A stretch of DNA of 64,000 bases from Nitrosopumilaceae archaeon (lineage in GTDB: Archaea > Thermoproteota > Nitrososphaeria > Nitrososphaerales > Nitrosopumilaceae), in assembly GCA_965208905.1 (NCBI GenBank), contig OZ242365.1:1568001-1632000 (forward strand). The letters run 5' to 3'. The notes beneath the pieces were generated by a model. The model was not told where the DNA came from. It did not search any database and saw only the letters and a program-made list of their open reading frames with translations. The position numbers and the translations under genes are program-made. Below, one piece after another: positions 11,463 to 22,130 of this stretch (the stretch's first letter is position 1; every line of letters begins with the position of its first letter).

Positions 11463-11997
11463 AAGTGTCGTTTAGGAATACAGGCTCTAGTCCACATGAC
11501 TCTAGTGTAACATCTATCTGACTTTGAATGGTAGAAACGTCAAAACACATTCCGTCTCGTATGGCCAACAGATACATTCGGAGACGGGATGTCTTTCTTC
11601 TCATCTTGACCACATCCACAGATGAATCAGTTACAGATTTTAGATTAACTAGTATGTCCGCCAACTTTACTACTTTTGCCCGTGGTGAGGCAACACTAAG
11701 ACGTTGCGCATACTCTATCTCCCGTGAGCGTCTAGGCAATCTACCATCCTTGGAAAGAGATGAAACCATATCTGCAATTACACGGCCAAATTTGTTGTGT
11801 ATCTCATCATAATTCGTACTTGTATCCTCAATTATATCGTGTAGCCAGGCCGCACTTAGTATGACATCATCATCTATACCTGCATCCGCCAATGTATCAA
11901 CAACCTGTTGTACATGATCTATGGTGAAGCCATCGCGGCGTCGCATTGTACCATGTTTGGCTTGAGCATATAGGCGGGCATCTTCTACAACTTGCAC
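11446..11997 (-). CDS. HD-domain hydrolase (Mesh1/SpoT-hydrolase-like)
   Basis: AKHG..RR.G...IDH...AAWLHDIIEDT...VKLAD; GTG 11997 chosen as start. Confidence 0.8.
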   Translation of the reverse strand: MQVVEDARLYAQAKHGTMRRRDGFTIDHVQQVVDTLADAGIDDDVILSAAWLHDIIEDTSTNYDEIHNKFGRVIADMVSSLSKDGRLPRRSREIEYAQRLSVASPRAKVVKLADILVNLKSVTDSSVDVVKMRRKTSRLRMYLLAIRDGMCFDVSTIQSQIDVTLESCGLEPVFLNDTFNPKS

Positions 11998-12155
11998 ATT
12001 ACAACTTGTAGGCACATTATAATAACAACTTTGTGTATGTATATGCGCAACTGTTCTGTTTGATATCATCGGTAAATTCAGATACCAAATTTCATGTGTT
12101 CTATAGGCACGTATGCTCCTGAGCGGTTTTGTTTTTAAAATTAAAGGTGCACTTT

Positions 12156-12455
12156 TCATTTGTTTTTACGAGAGGGGCTGCTTATATTGATCAAGTCCGG
12201 GCTAGACTGTTTTTGCATGCCTTTTGTCTGCCACCTCAGCAATACCTCCTTGAAGGCTTCTGCATCTTCCTCACTCTCAGTATACATAAGCATAGTAACC
12301 CATCTTCCCTTACCTGCTTTGCCGCCTACAGAGTTCATCCAGAATGTATCGGGCAACGACATCATGACCCGGTTATCCGGGCTAGACGCAATATCATCCC
12401 ATCGCTTTGAAATAAATCGCATGATCTGTGCCATCTCTTCTTTTCTTATCAACAA
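12156..12455 (-). CDS. Hypothetical protein
   Basis: 99-aa ORF with protein-like composition, divergent from cdvA. Confidence 0.5.
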   Translation of the reverse strand: MLIRKEEMAQIMRFISKRWDDIASSPDNRVMMSLPDTFWMNSVGGKAGKGRWVTMLMYTESEEDAEAFKEVLLRWQTKGMQKQSSPDLINISSPSRKNK

Positions 12456-12621
12456 TATATGGTGGTAAAGCGCGAAATTTAAATTTTTGATATGGCAAAA
12501 TCTAACCCAACTCAGAGCTCAACATAAAATTGACTTGTGGAACGTTGTTAACAAAATTTACCCAAATAATTAAAACAGTTTGACATAACAATCCTAATAC
12601 TAAATATATCATCCAAGTACA

Positions 12622-14313
12622 ATGAATGAGAATAAACTCGGAATAATGGGAAAACCAGTAAATGACATGTATGGCGCATATATGGGGAAAGCGGTCGGTA
12701 CAGCAACTGACATTGACGGTACAGTTACATCGGTGGGCGTAGACTGTGGACTTCAAGGTCTGACAGAGATCCCCATCAGACATTTAGTAATACAGGAGGA
12801 ATCCATCGTATATGTACCTCAATGGAGACTCGATTCACAAAAAATATTGCGTAAAAAAACGTTTTTGATTAGACGACTTCAGGCATTAAATACAATCCTC
12901 TTAGAAAATGATGCGTTAAAGGAAGATTCTGAACCCGTACGTAAATTTTATGAGGAGAAATTAGATGCTATAAAAAATATCGAAGGTGAAGTGCTAGAAA
13001 CATTAGTAAATAGATTAGAAGAACTAGGACAGCAATCAGCCCTCGCAAAATCAATGCATTTTGATGCAACTATACAATACAAGAGTAGTGAAATAGAGGA
13101 GAGTGACTATAAGACCGCAAAGGCAGAAGTATCTACAATCCTAGAGAGAATAGACTATGAGATCGAAGAGATCAAAAGTATGCAGGACAGATTAGCCGAA
13201 CAATCCACCGCTGAATCTCAGGTTCGACACACAGAAGTATCAGAGGAAATAACAATTCAAGAAGATGAGAGTATTTCGTCTGAAATATCCACAGAACAAG
13301 TTTCTGTTGCAGAGGCACCGATTGTGGAAGCACCAGTTACAGAAGCACCGATTGTCGAGGCAGCTGTTGTAGAGGCACCGATTGAAGCACCGATTGTGGA
13401 AGCAGTTGCTGCGGAAGCACCAGCTGTTGAAGAGCCCGTTGTAGAGGCACCGATTGTGGAAGCAGTTGCTGCGGAAGCACCAGCTGTTGAAGAGACCGTT
13501 GTAGAGGCACCGATTGTGGAAGCGACTGTTGTGGAAGCACCAGTTACAGAAGCACCGATTGTCGAGGCAGCTGTTGTAGAGGCACCGATTGAAGCACCGA
13601 TTGTGGAAGCAGTTGCTGCGGAAGCACCAGCTGTTGAAGAGCCCGTTGTAGAGGCACCGATTGTGGAAGCAGTTGCTGCGGAAGCACCAGCTGTTGAAGA
13701 GACCGTTGTAGAGGCACCGATTGTGGAAGCGACTGTTGTGGAAGCACCAGTTACAGAAGCACCGATTGTCGAGGCAGCTGTTGTAGAGGCACCGATTGAA
13801 GCACCGATTGTGGAAGCAGTTGCTGCGGAAGCACCAGCTGTTGAAGAGCCCGTTGTAGAGGCACCGATTGTGGAAGCACCCATGACTGCAGTTATGGACG
13901 GCATAGCACCTGCACAGGACATACCAAAGTATGACATTCCAGAACCAGCACCGACATATGTTCCTAGTGACATACCGCCACCAGCACCCAAATATGACAT
14001 TCCAGAGCCGCCACAGGACATACCAAAATATAACATTCCAGAACCAGCACCGACATATGTTCCTAGTGACATACCGCCACCAGCACCCAAATATGACATT
14101 CCAGAGCCGCCACAGGACATACCAAAATATAACATTCCAGAACCAGCACCGACATATGTTCCTAGTGACATACCGCCACCAGCACCCAAATATGACATTC
14201 CAACACCACCTAGAACAGATGCTCCCAGTGACATACAGTCACCAGCACCAAAGTACAACATACCTGCTCCTTCCCCAAAGAACGATTGGTTGTCTCGAAT
14301 GACCTCACAATAG
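12622..14313 (+). CDS. cdvA: Cell division protein CdvA with expanded acidic/Pro-rich repeat linker
   Basis: N-terminal PRC-barrel-like GKPVNDMYG...GVDCG, coiled coil, C-terminal DWLSRM peptide. Confidence 0.8.
   Translation: MNENKLGIMGKPVNDMYGAYMGKAVGTATDIDGTVTSVGVDCGLQGLTEIPIRHLVIQEESIVYVPQWRLDSQKILRKKTFLIRRLQALNTILLENDALKEDSEPVRKFYEEKLDAIKNIEGEVLETLVNRLEELGQQSALAKSMHFDATIQYKSSEIEESDYKTAKAEVSTILERIDYEIEEIKSMQDRLAEQSTAESQVRHTEVSEEITIQEDESISSEISTEQVSVAEAPIVEAPVTEAPIVEAAVVEAPIEAPIVEAVAAEAPAVEEPVVEAPIVEAVAAEAPAVEETVVEAPIVEATVVEAPVTEAPIVEAAVVEAPIEAPIVEAVAAEAPAVEEPVVEAPIVEAVAAEAPAVEETVVEAPIVEATVVEAPVTEAPIVEAAVVEAPIEAPIVEAVAAEAPAVEEPVVEAPIVEAPMTAVMDGIAPAQDIPKYDIPEPAPTYVPSDIPPPAPKYDIPEPPQDIPKYNIPEPAPTYVPSDIPPPAPKYDIPEPPQDIPKYNIPEPAPTYVPSDIPPPAPKYDIPTPPRTDAPSDIQSPAPKYNIPAPSPKNDWLSRMTSQ
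13309..14210 (+). repeat. In-frame tandem repeats in cdvA: 207-bp unit (about 2.7 copies) then 99-bp unit (about 3 copies)
   Basis: Identical shadow ORFs at 13337 and 13544 (offset 207); caggacatacca at 13915, 14014 and 14113 (offset 99). Confidence 0.95.
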
Positions 14314-14381
14314 ATTTTTTTAAATGCGCCCATATCTAGGCGCTTTCTTAATATCGGAGGTATACCCTTCCACATCATATA

Positions 14382-16268
14382 ATGAAGACATACTCCACAA
14401 ATCTTGGAAGGAATGACTCATCCATTAGATATAATGCATCAAAAGATAATGTACAATTTTGGGATGAGCAGGCACGACTGCTACACTGGTTTACGCCATG
14501 GGAAGAGACGCTTCAATGGAGTCCGCCCTTTGCCAGATGGTTCGTTGGAGGTACCACCAACATATCATATAATGCATTAGACATACATCAAGACGATATT
14601 GCCAGCAAGCCGGCCATACTTTGGGAGGGTGAAGATGGTACATCACAGGCAGTATCATACGATACACTATACCGCCAAGTACAAAGAGCTGCCAACCTGT
14701 TAAAGTCGCTGGGCGTCAAGAAGGGAGATCGTATAACAATATACCTTCCCATGATTCCTGAGATAATAGTATCAATGATGGCGTGCGCCCGTCTAGGTGC
14801 CGTTCACACGGTAGTGTTTTCAGGTTTTAGTGCAAAATCTCTTACAGACCGAATGAACGATTCCGGTTCCACCATATTGATTACCGCAGATGTCGGGTAT
14901 CGTCGCGGCAAAAAGATCCCATTGGCTCAGACAGCTCAGGAGGCCCTAAGATCATCACCAAAAATACAACACGTCATAGTTGTACAACGTGAAGATACAA
15001 TACCATATAGTTGGATACCATGGACAGAGATTCATAATAAAAGTGACAATTGTGTTGCAGAGCCGGTCAAGTCAACGGACCCATTATTCATACTATACAC
15101 ATCAGGTACTACAGGTAAGCCAAAGGGAGTGTTACATGGCACCGGAGGATACATGACCCACATACATTCTACATTCAGGTGGGCATTTGATATACAGAAT
15201 ACAGACATCTACCACTGTACAGCAGATGTGGGTTGGGTAACTGGTCATAGTTATGTTGCATATGCCCCCTTTCTGTGTGGAGCCACACAGGTCATGTATG
15301 AGGGTGCACCAGACTATCCTAATCCATCCAGAACATGGCAGATACTGGAAAAGTACAACGTCAGTATATTCTACACCACACCAACTGCACTGCGCATGCT
15401 TATGAGACATGACAGTATGGCGGCAAAATCACATGATCTAAGCTCCCTAAGACTACTAGGGAGCGTAGGCGAGCCCATAAACCCAGAGGTGTGGAGGTGG
15501 TATCATGACACAATAGGTGCTGGCAGGTGCCCAGTCATAGATACATGGTGGCAGACAGAGACAGGTGGTATGTTGATATCGGCCTTGCCTGGAATAGAGA
15601 GTATTCCGTTAAAGCCAGGGTCCGGAACGCTACCAATTCCCGGCATAGATATGTCAATACTAGATGAGAATGGAGCTGTCGTACCTCCGGATACTAAAGG
15701 GTATTTGGTGGTGCGCAACCCCTGGCCAGGCATGATGTTAACACTGTGGGGTGATGAGCAGAAATATCGCGATACATACTGGTCTAGGTTTCCCAACTGT
15801 TACTATCCTGGAGATTATGCCATACAAGACAAGGATGGCTACATGTGGTTGTTGGGTCGAGCCGATGACATACTAAAGGTGTCCGGTCACCGTATTGGAA
15901 CGGCAGAGTTGGAGAGTTGTCTGATATCTCATGAGAGAGTTGCCGAGTCTGCCGTTATAGGAATACCTGATGAGATTCGTGGTGAGGGAATAGTGGCTTT
16001 TGTTGTACTGCGTTCCGGAATGGATAGTGCAGGCATGGAGTCTGAGTTAAAAAAGATGGTATCCGACCAGATAGGGGCAGTAGCCAGACCTGATGCCATA
16101 CACATAGTACCCATACTACCAAAGACCCGCAGCGGCAAGATAATGCGAAGGTTGCTAAAAGGTTTGATTACCGGCGAGCAGATAGGTGATACCACCACTA
16201 TGGAGGAACCCGGAGCGCTAGATGAGGTACGTCGTGTATTGAGAGTGACCACCAACAATACCAAGTGA
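14382..16268 (+). CDS. acs: Acetyl-CoA synthetase (AMP-forming)
   Basis: YTSGTTGKPKG, DTWWQTETGG, LPKTRSGKIMRR. Confidence 0.95.
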   Translation: MKTYSTNLGRNDSSIRYNASKDNVQFWDEQARLLHWFTPWEETLQWSPPFARWFVGGTTNISYNALDIHQDDIASKPAILWEGEDGTSQAVSYDTLYRQVQRAANLLKSLGVKKGDRITIYLPMIPEIIVSMMACARLGAVHTVVFSGFSAKSLTDRMNDSGSTILITADVGYRRGKKIPLAQTAQEALRSSPKIQHVIVVQREDTIPYSWIPWTEIHNKSDNCVAEPVKSTDPLFILYTSGTTGKPKGVLHGTGGYMTHIHSTFRWAFDIQNTDIYHCTADVGWVTGHSYVAYAPFLCGATQVMYEGAPDYPNPSRTWQILEKYNVSIFYTTPTALRMLMRHDSMAAKSHDLSSLRLLGSVGEPINPEVWRWYHDTIGAGRCPVIDTWWQTETGGMLISALPGIESIPLKPGSGTLPIPGIDMSILDENGAVVPPDTKGYLVVRNPWPGMMLTLWGDEQKYRDTYWSRFPNCYYPGDYAIQDKDGYMWLLGRADDILKVSGHRIGTAELESCLISHERVAESAVIGIPDEIRGEGIVAFVVLRSGMDSAGMESELKKMVSDQIGAVARPDAIHIVPILPKTRSGKIMRRLLKGLITGEQIGDTTTMEEPGALDEVRRVLRVTTNNTK

Positions 16269-16412
16269 TGGCCAGAGTTGATGATTCGAGAGCCATCCAT
16301 CAACAGCTTTGAACTATAGCAGACACAGGATACCTGGCTTAGTATGGTCGTCTATTTTTACAGGGATATGGCAACCGGCAAGATATTTAATTACATATAT
16401 CTCACATAATAC

Positions 16413-16805
16413 GTGGTATTCTTCACTGTAACTGAGGCCAACGACATACTGCCGGAGGTAGTGAAAAAGTTCGAGATGATACTGGCCAAAAAGAGTAGTG
16501 TTTCACGTGCCCAGGCCATTCTAGAATCAGCCACAAATGCATCACTATCTGATTTTATACTGGCAAAGCAACAACTCAACCGGGCCGTTACCGAGTACTA
16601 TCTAGCCATACAGACGCTGGAAGATACTGGTGTCATCATAAAGAGTATAGAGCAGGGGCTACTGGACTTTCCCGCAAAGATGTTCGATGATGATGTATGG
16701 TTGTGTTGGAAGTATAACGAAGAGGCTGTGAGTTTTTGGCATGAGAAAGACTCGGGGTTCATAAACCGAAAGCCACTTGAAACCAGTGATGAGTCATGGG
16801 TGTGA
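16413..16805 (+). CDS. DUF2203-family protein
   Basis: FTVTEAN..LP...GLLDFPA...VWLCWKYNE..V.FWH...GF..RKPL. Confidence 0.8.
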   Translation: MVFFTVTEANDILPEVVKKFEMILAKKSSVSRAQAILESATNASLSDFILAKQQLNRAVTEYYLAIQTLEDTGVIIKSIEQGLLDFPAKMFDDDVWLCWKYNEEAVSFWHEKDSGFINRKPLETSDESWV

Positions 16806-16856
16806 CAAAGATGCCCCAGTAGCTGCATCATCCATCCAAACTATCTGGTTATATTT

Positions 16857-17153
16857 ATGAGTAAGAAAAATCTTACATCATGCATGCCAGAATCTATAAT
16901 GAAGACTGTGACAGTTTCAGGAAAGGGTCAGATCTCAATACCGCAGGAGATCAGAAAACAGCTCGCGGTTGAAAAGGGCTCTAAACTGGTGATCATCCTG
17001 AAAGACAAAAAACTACTGATCTGCAAGGCATCTGACATATCACAGTCGATAGAGGACAGCTTTGAGGATGTGGTGCGATACTCGGAACGTTCGCTGGAGG
17101 AGATATGGGACAACGGGGAGGACGATGTGTGGAACAGGTATCTGAAGACGTAA
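16857..17153 (+). CDS. AbrB/MazE-family antitoxin
   Basis: VTVSGKGQISIPQEIRKQL; acidic tail SLEEIWDNGEDDVW. Confidence 0.85.
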   Translation: MSKKNLTSCMPESIMKTVTVSGKGQISIPQEIRKQLAVEKGSKLVIILKDKKLLICKASDISQSIEDSFEDVVRYSERSLEEIWDNGEDDVWNRYLKT

Positions 17154-17317
17154 TTCAGTAGCGCAGCGTCGTCATACTGCCGTTTCCGTTTTATGATCTG
17201 CAGAGGAGGAAAGCTAGGCCCGCAATCATCATGTCAAACGACAAATACAACGAACGCTCGGACGACGTAGTAACCGTACCGCTTACGTCAAACCGGTGGC
17301 CATCCGAATACAGCATA
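17150..17317 (+). pseudogene. mazF: MazF/PemK toxin, with nonsense codon and IS630 truncation
   Basis: Hand translation VIQ*RSVVILPFPFYDLQRRKARPAIIMSND.YN...DVVTVPLTS, ending at the TA target. Confidence 0.8.
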
Positions 17318-18255
17318 CTAGCGGACAATAGGATCCGATAGATTTTGAGTGCAATAACCTGAATCGACGAATTTGTCCCATATGCGATGACCCGCGGTGC
17401 GACCGACCGAAACATTAAGATCATGTATACATTCCCATACCTACATGGCACGAAGTAAACTAGAAAAGATTCCCGCCGGAGACGAATACCTCCCGGACGT
17501 TCCAGAAGCAGAACTGGAATCGATGATTGCAGCCATCCCCAGCTGCACGAAGATCCCCAGAGCTGCTCATATTGACGGCTGCCCTCAAAAAGAAGAGGCA
17601 CGGAAGCATCAGCGGTATAGCCAGGGAGATGGGCCGGCCGTACACCACCGTCTACGGCTGGCTGCTGCGCATACACGAGCGCGGGCTGGATGGCAGAGTG
17701 GACAGGACATCTCCAACAGGAAGAAAATACTGGACGAAGATGCCTGTCGTTTGATCCTGTAGTGGGTGTGCGGATCTCCTCAGGACTACAATTTTGAGTC
17801 CGGTATATGGCAGGCATCGATTATAATCAGTATGATCCGCGACAGAATGGGCATAAACGTACATCCCAGAACGTTGAGGCAGACACTGCGACGCGCAGGT
17901 ATATCGTTCAGAAAGCCCAAGATCCGTCCCGCACAACTCCGCATCGGAACAGGAGCAGGCCGAGTTCAGCAAGAAGATTCAGTGTATAGTTGACCGGCTG
18001 GTTGAGACCGGAGAGGTGCGGCCAGTTAGGATAACCGGCGTTATCGCTGCGTGAGGCTCAGAATATCTAGTGCGCGTGATGGCGCGCCGCCTGTCCATAG
18101 CCACATTCCCAGACAATCGCGCGTCCATTCATATGTCATACACCACTGCCAGTTCGCGCTGTACGGCTGACCACACTGAAATTATAGGACTTTGACAAAA
18201 ACCGCACGGAAACCACCCTTCGCCTGACAGACTATCGGATCCTATTGTCCCCTAG
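17318..18255 (+). mobile_element. IS630 copy 2, non-autonomous (orfB deleted, orfA broken)
   Basis: Same TIRs and TA flanks as 4060-5453; near 17995 the sequence jumps from the end of orfA to the last codons of orfB. Confidence 0.92.
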
Positions 18256-18394
18256 TATCCACTAATTCCTATACCTCCGGTGAGAATAGAGTCCTGACTT
18301 CCCTTGGAGGTTCCGCATATCGTCCAGTCCGATGGTTTTCGATCCAAATGGTTTGATCTCCAGCGCATCGATATCATGTATGATGCCGACCATC

Positions 18395-18621
18395 CATGAC
18401 ACTATACAGCACGGTCTGTACCTAATGACATCAAACTCATTCAGGGTCGTCATAACCGGCGATATGCACATACCTGTTGGCTCAACCGTACACGTAATCA
18501 TATCTGGCACTAATGGTAATACTACAATGTTCTCTGATGTGCAATCTACTATTGTGCGTTAACTTTCTTTTTACTTGTCTGCGCAACCCATACAATACTC
18601 GGCATCTGCCATGGCACTCTC
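18395..18621 (+). repeat. Diverged duplicate of 49266-49495 (3' end of the HtrA-like gene plus 3' end of the convergent Zn-finger gene)
   Basis: HDTIQHGLY.MTSN.FRVVITGDMHIP.GST.HVIISGT.GNTTMFSDVQSTIV and caatactcggcatctgccatggcactctc shared. Confidence 0.9.
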
Positions 18622-18701
18622 CAGAACATGTAGCCCCAGTCTTTGCGGAACGAGTCCTTGTTTGTAAATACTAAATACTCGCAGTGCCTAATAGCAAGTG
18701 A

Positions 18702-19412
18702 ATGCCGGAAGGTTCGATTTCCACCGCAGTTGGGCGTATGATTGCTGATGTTTGGAACAAGGAGTATTGCGGGAAACGCTACGAAGACGAACCATCACTT
18801 GAATTCACCAAGGAGATAGTGGTAGAGTTGAAGAAGAAACCAGAGATTTACCACTCACGTGGCATATATGTAGGGTGCGGTAACGGTCGTAATTACCTGA
18901 ATCTTGCCAAAGCAGGTTTGGACATTGTGGGTTTGGATGTGTCGGCCACAGGTCTGGGACAGATAGCGGCCAAGGAGCCTACACTCGCGCCCAAGTTGGT
19001 GTGCGGGGACTTCCTTGACCACCGCGGCAGGTTTGGATATGTAGTTGCAATTCAGTCGTTCCAGCACGGGGATGCGTCTAGAGTGAGTGCATACTTCCGA
19101 AAAGCCGCTGAGATGTTGGAGCGCGGTGGTCTGCTTTTCGTGCGCGTCAATGCAGCAGATACTTGTGTGGGATACGCCCACCGTGTTACAGAAAGGACGA
19201 ATGGGGGATTTACCATATTATACGAGGATGGTCCCAAAAGTGGACTGTACATACACTTCTTCTCGCGGAAGGAGTTGGAGTCTGTCGTTACAGACTCCGG
19301 CCTTCGCATTATGTATCCGCCCAAGATGGTGACTATTCAGCGTTCCAATGGTCGCGGACAGTGGTCGCAATGGGAGATTGTCGCCGAGCGAGGAGTACCT
19401 CTAACACTTTAA
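18702..19412 (+). CDS. Class I SAM-dependent methyltransferase
   Basis: YVGCGNGRN motif I, GLDVS, L..GGLLF. Confidence 0.85.
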   Translation: MPEGSISTAVGRMIADVWNKEYCGKRYEDEPSLEFTKEIVVELKKKPEIYHSRGIYVGCGNGRNYLNLAKAGLDIVGLDVSATGLGQIAAKEPTLAPKLVCGDFLDHRGRFGYVVAIQSFQHGDASRVSAYFRKAAEMLERGGLLFVRVNAADTCVGYAHRVTERTNGGFTILYEDGPKSGLYIHFFSRKELESVVTDSGLRIMYPPKMVTIQRSNGRGQWSQWEIVAERGVPLTL

Positions 19413-19435
19413 CGACTCTGTAAACAATACCACAC

Positions 19436-19630
19436 ATGGAAGAACTTGAAGAACTGCGAGCCGAGCAAGCAGACATAATAAACTGGCTCCGCGATGCCGA
19501 GGATGAGTTGGCTGCATTAGAGGATCAGACGGCCGAGATGATTGGAGATATTGAGGAGCGGAAGCGTAAAATAGAATCCGTGTATGAAAAGTTACATCGT
19601 ATTGAGGACAGAATCATAAAGCTGTCGTGA
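19436..19630 (+). CDS. Small acidic coiled-coil protein
   Basis: Heptad pattern; TTTAACG 28 nt upstream. Confidence 0.65.
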   Translation: MEELEELRAEQADIINWLRDAEDELAALEDQTAEMIGDIEERKRKIESVYEKLHRIEDRIIKLS

Positions 19631-19683
19631 CATACAGGCGCGTGACCATACATCTATACAGTAAAACAGTCTTACGAGTTCTA

Positions 19684-19803
19684 TCACACTGAGCGCATCT
19701 TTTGTTTGATCTCGTCTATTCCGCGATGTATATCGGCCACCATCTCTCTCGCCTCAGCAAGCTCAGCCCAAATTTCGGCTATCTCAGTTTCCCTATCTGC
19801 CAT
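19684..19803 (-). CDS. 39-aa coiled-coil micro-protein
   Basis: Hand translation MADRETEIAEIWAELAEAREMVADIHRGIDEIKQKMRSV; TTTAAA about 29 nt upstream. Confidence 0.55.
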   Translation of the reverse strand: MADRETEIAEIWAELAEAREMVADIHRGIDEIKQKMRSV

Positions 19804-20024
19804 TATGTATAATGTTTCAACTTGTTATTTAAATTTGGTAGGTTTTGGGGGCTGGGAAGAAATGCTGATCTGAAAAAAGTTGGAAAATTTGTGGTCTAGA
19901 ATTGGAAAGTCTGTGGCCTGACCTACGTTTCCACTCTAGGCGTTGTTTTGAGACACGCGCCATTAACGGAACAGTTCTAGATGAACAAAACATTTTTGCA
20001 ATGGGGTGCGCATCATTGACCATA

Positions 20025-20450
20025 ATGCGACACAAAAACAGAAACACTATCTTCCCACACCTCACGTATGAGCGGACGCTAGGTCACCTGCACCGTCTTG
20101 AGGAGTACATCGAGGCGTACAGACTCCCCCCAGTTCTTAAAAGGCAGGTTCCAGTGGCAGTCTGTACTACGATCGAACAGTTTTGTCGGACAAAAAAGAA
20201 ATTCATGTATGGGGACGGCGAGCCCATGCCGCAAAGGCTCATACTCAATGTGCCGTTGGTGATGGATATGTTGGATTGGTCGGATAGTTGGTGTGTTGAC
20301 AACACGCGCCGCCATGAGGAGGTGTTCCGCAAACATGTTCAGGACATTGCCAATGACGATAGTTTCACCATCAGTATCAAGGATCTTAATACCTTGATTA
20401 ACGAAGCATGCGATATACGACAGCCCATGCTGGTAGAGTCCCTTGCAGCG
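20025..20450 (+). pseudogene. Hypothetical gene truncated by IS3
   Basis: ORF 19902-20591 reads into the IS3 end at 20451. Confidence 0.5.
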
Positions 20451-20491
20451 TGGAGTGGACCCCGTTCTTTAGAACCGATTTTCGCAACATT

Positions 20492-21349
20492 TTATTCACA
20501 CTTTTTACCTCCTGCATATATGCTATCCCTTGAGTTCTGCCAATATTGTTCGGCGAACTCAGAAGGTGCCAAGTACTGTATAGAAGAGTGAATTCTGTTA
20601 TGATTGTAATCTTCAAATGCAGCGAGTATTGTCTCTTTGGCTTCCTGAATGTTCGCAAACTCACGGGGCCAGACGTACTCCTTTTTGAGTGTCTTGTGGA
20701 AGGATTCGATATGTCCGTTTTGTTCGGGAGTGTTGATGTAGATGTATTCAAGAGTAATTCCCAACGCTGCCATTGATGATCTAAATTCCCGACTAGTGTA
20801 TTGAGTTCCATTATCGACTCTCAAAGTCAATCCCGGTAATGTTGGATTGGAGTCGGCTACGGCATTATTTACGGCCATGATAGCCTCGTGTCGTGTGGCA
20901 CGACTCTCCAATACAAATGCCAACCATTGCCTGGTAAAGACGTCGATTACATTAAAACAGTAACCCCATCCGTCTCTACCGCACCAGATGTATGACATGT
21001 CCGATTCCCGGAACTGATTTGGAGCCTTTGGTTTTGGAATCTTTTTATTGGTACGTATTATCTCACGCTTGGTACGTGATGGTTTACTCCATCCCAGTGC
21101 TTTGAATATACGTTTTATTGCCTTGCGGTTGATGGGACGATTCAACTCTCGTGAGGCTTGGGCAGCCATACGTCTTGTCCCATATGTCGGTCTTTTAGGT
21201 GCAATCTTTTGTACAATCTCTAGTACTTCGGGGTCCGATGACACGTTTCTGGGTGTAGGGGCATAATACCGTGCAGTTTTGGAGACTCCGCAAAGAGCGA
21301 GTGACCTATTGAGGTCCAACACGTCATGTATGATACGTGCGGCGTTCAT
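20492..21349 (-). CDS. IS3 orfB (integrase-like DDE)
   Basis: YGTRRM, SDMSYI, VDNGTQYTS, TPEQNGHIESFHKTLKKE. Confidence 0.92.
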   Translation of the reverse strand: MNAARIIHDVLDLNRSLALCGVSKTARYYAPTPRNVSSDPEVLEIVQKIAPKRPTYGTRRMAAQASRELNRPINRKAIKRIFKALGWSKPSRTKREIIRTNKKIPKPKAPNQFRESDMSYIWCGRDGWGYCFNVIDVFTRQWLAFVLESRATRHEAIMAVNNAVADSNPTLPGLTLRVDNGTQYTSREFRSSMAALGITLEYIYINTPEQNGHIESFHKTLKKEYVWPREFANIQEAKETILAAFEDYNHNRIHSSIQYLAPSEFAEQYWQNSRDSIYAGGKKCE

Positions 21350-21642
21350 TCTGCCTCGCCCTCCAGCGCTTTTTTTAAAGCATCATTAGCCACGGCATAC
21401 TCTCCGATGATTCTCTTAAGTGATGTAATCTCCTTTTTGTGCTTCTTGGCCTGTTTGGAAGCGTTAGAACCCTCAAACGAGCTGCGTCCGCCATCTGGAA
21501 ACTTTTCTTTCCAATCGTATACGGTTCGTGGGGCCAAGTTGTGTTCGCGGCATATCTCGGCCATACTGGTCTGTGGATTGAATGTCTGGAGTACTATGTG
21601 GATCTTTTCATCTGTACTCAACTTTGATTTTTTATTTGTCAT
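21346..21642 (-). CDS. IS3 orfA (HTH plus leucine zipper)
   Basis: EKIHIVL...AEICREHNL...VYDWK. Confidence 0.88.
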   Translation of the reverse strand: MTNKKSKLSTDEKIHIVLQTFNPQTSMAEICREHNLAPRTVYDWKEKFPDGGRSSFEGSNASKQAKKHKKEITSLKRIIGEYAVANDALKKALEGEAE

Positions 21643-21711
21643 ATGGTGTGTGCCCCCCAATTGCTAAAGTGTGCATCGACGATCGGTCTTATTCTAGCGG
21701 GGTCCGCGCCA

Positions 21712-21876
21712 GGCTGCTACACAATTCTCTTTATTCTCACACTGCGCGCCATTATTCGTTTCTCCACACTGCTCGCATGGCCAGTAGTAGACGTTCGCAT
21801 CGGGGCACCTGTCGCATACCTGTAATACACGCGGCTCGCAGGTGGAATTGCACTTCCAACATTCTTGATTCTCCAT
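21712..21876 (-). pseudogene. Small double Zn-ribbon protein truncated by IS3
   Basis: CWKC...CDRC...CEQC...CENKENC; ATG 21876 lies 28 nt after TTAAA. Confidence 0.6.
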
Positions 21877-21900
21877 GGTCATGATACGTAGTGGTGACGT

Positions 21901-22095
21901 TTAAGCAGGTGGTTGGTTGTTTACCCAGCCGGTCTTGCCGACCAGACCCGTGCAGCCTACACAGTCTGTACACCTCACACAGGAGGAGCAGTCGGTACAC
22001 CACACACACCCGGAGCAATCACTACATCGTGTACAATGGTGGCAGCCATCACACCGACTGCATTTTTTGCACTTTGTGCTCTTAGACACCGACAT
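21901..22095 (-). CDS. (Cxx)n Cys-repeat micro-protein, copy a
   Basis: Cys every third residue; ends [14 protein letters not shown]; TTAAA at -28. Confidence 0.8.
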   Translation of the reverse strand: MSVSKSTKCKKCSRCDGCHHCTRCSDCSGCVWCTDCSSCVRCTDCVGCTGLVGKTGWVNNQPPA

Positions 22096-22130
22096 GTTAA
22101 CGTAGTGTTACCATGAGGTTTAAGCGGGGT

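Larger units (their letters stand above)
20451..21711 (-). mobile_element. IS3-family insertion sequence
   Basis: Imperfect TIRs TGGAGTGGACCCCG / TGGCGCGGACCCCG with TG...CA ends; orfA/orfB inside. Confidence 0.9.

Noticed and set aside
13257-14378. 373-aa antisense ORF and shadow ORFs over cdvA
   Set aside because: By-product of stop-poor tandem repeats on the opposite strand
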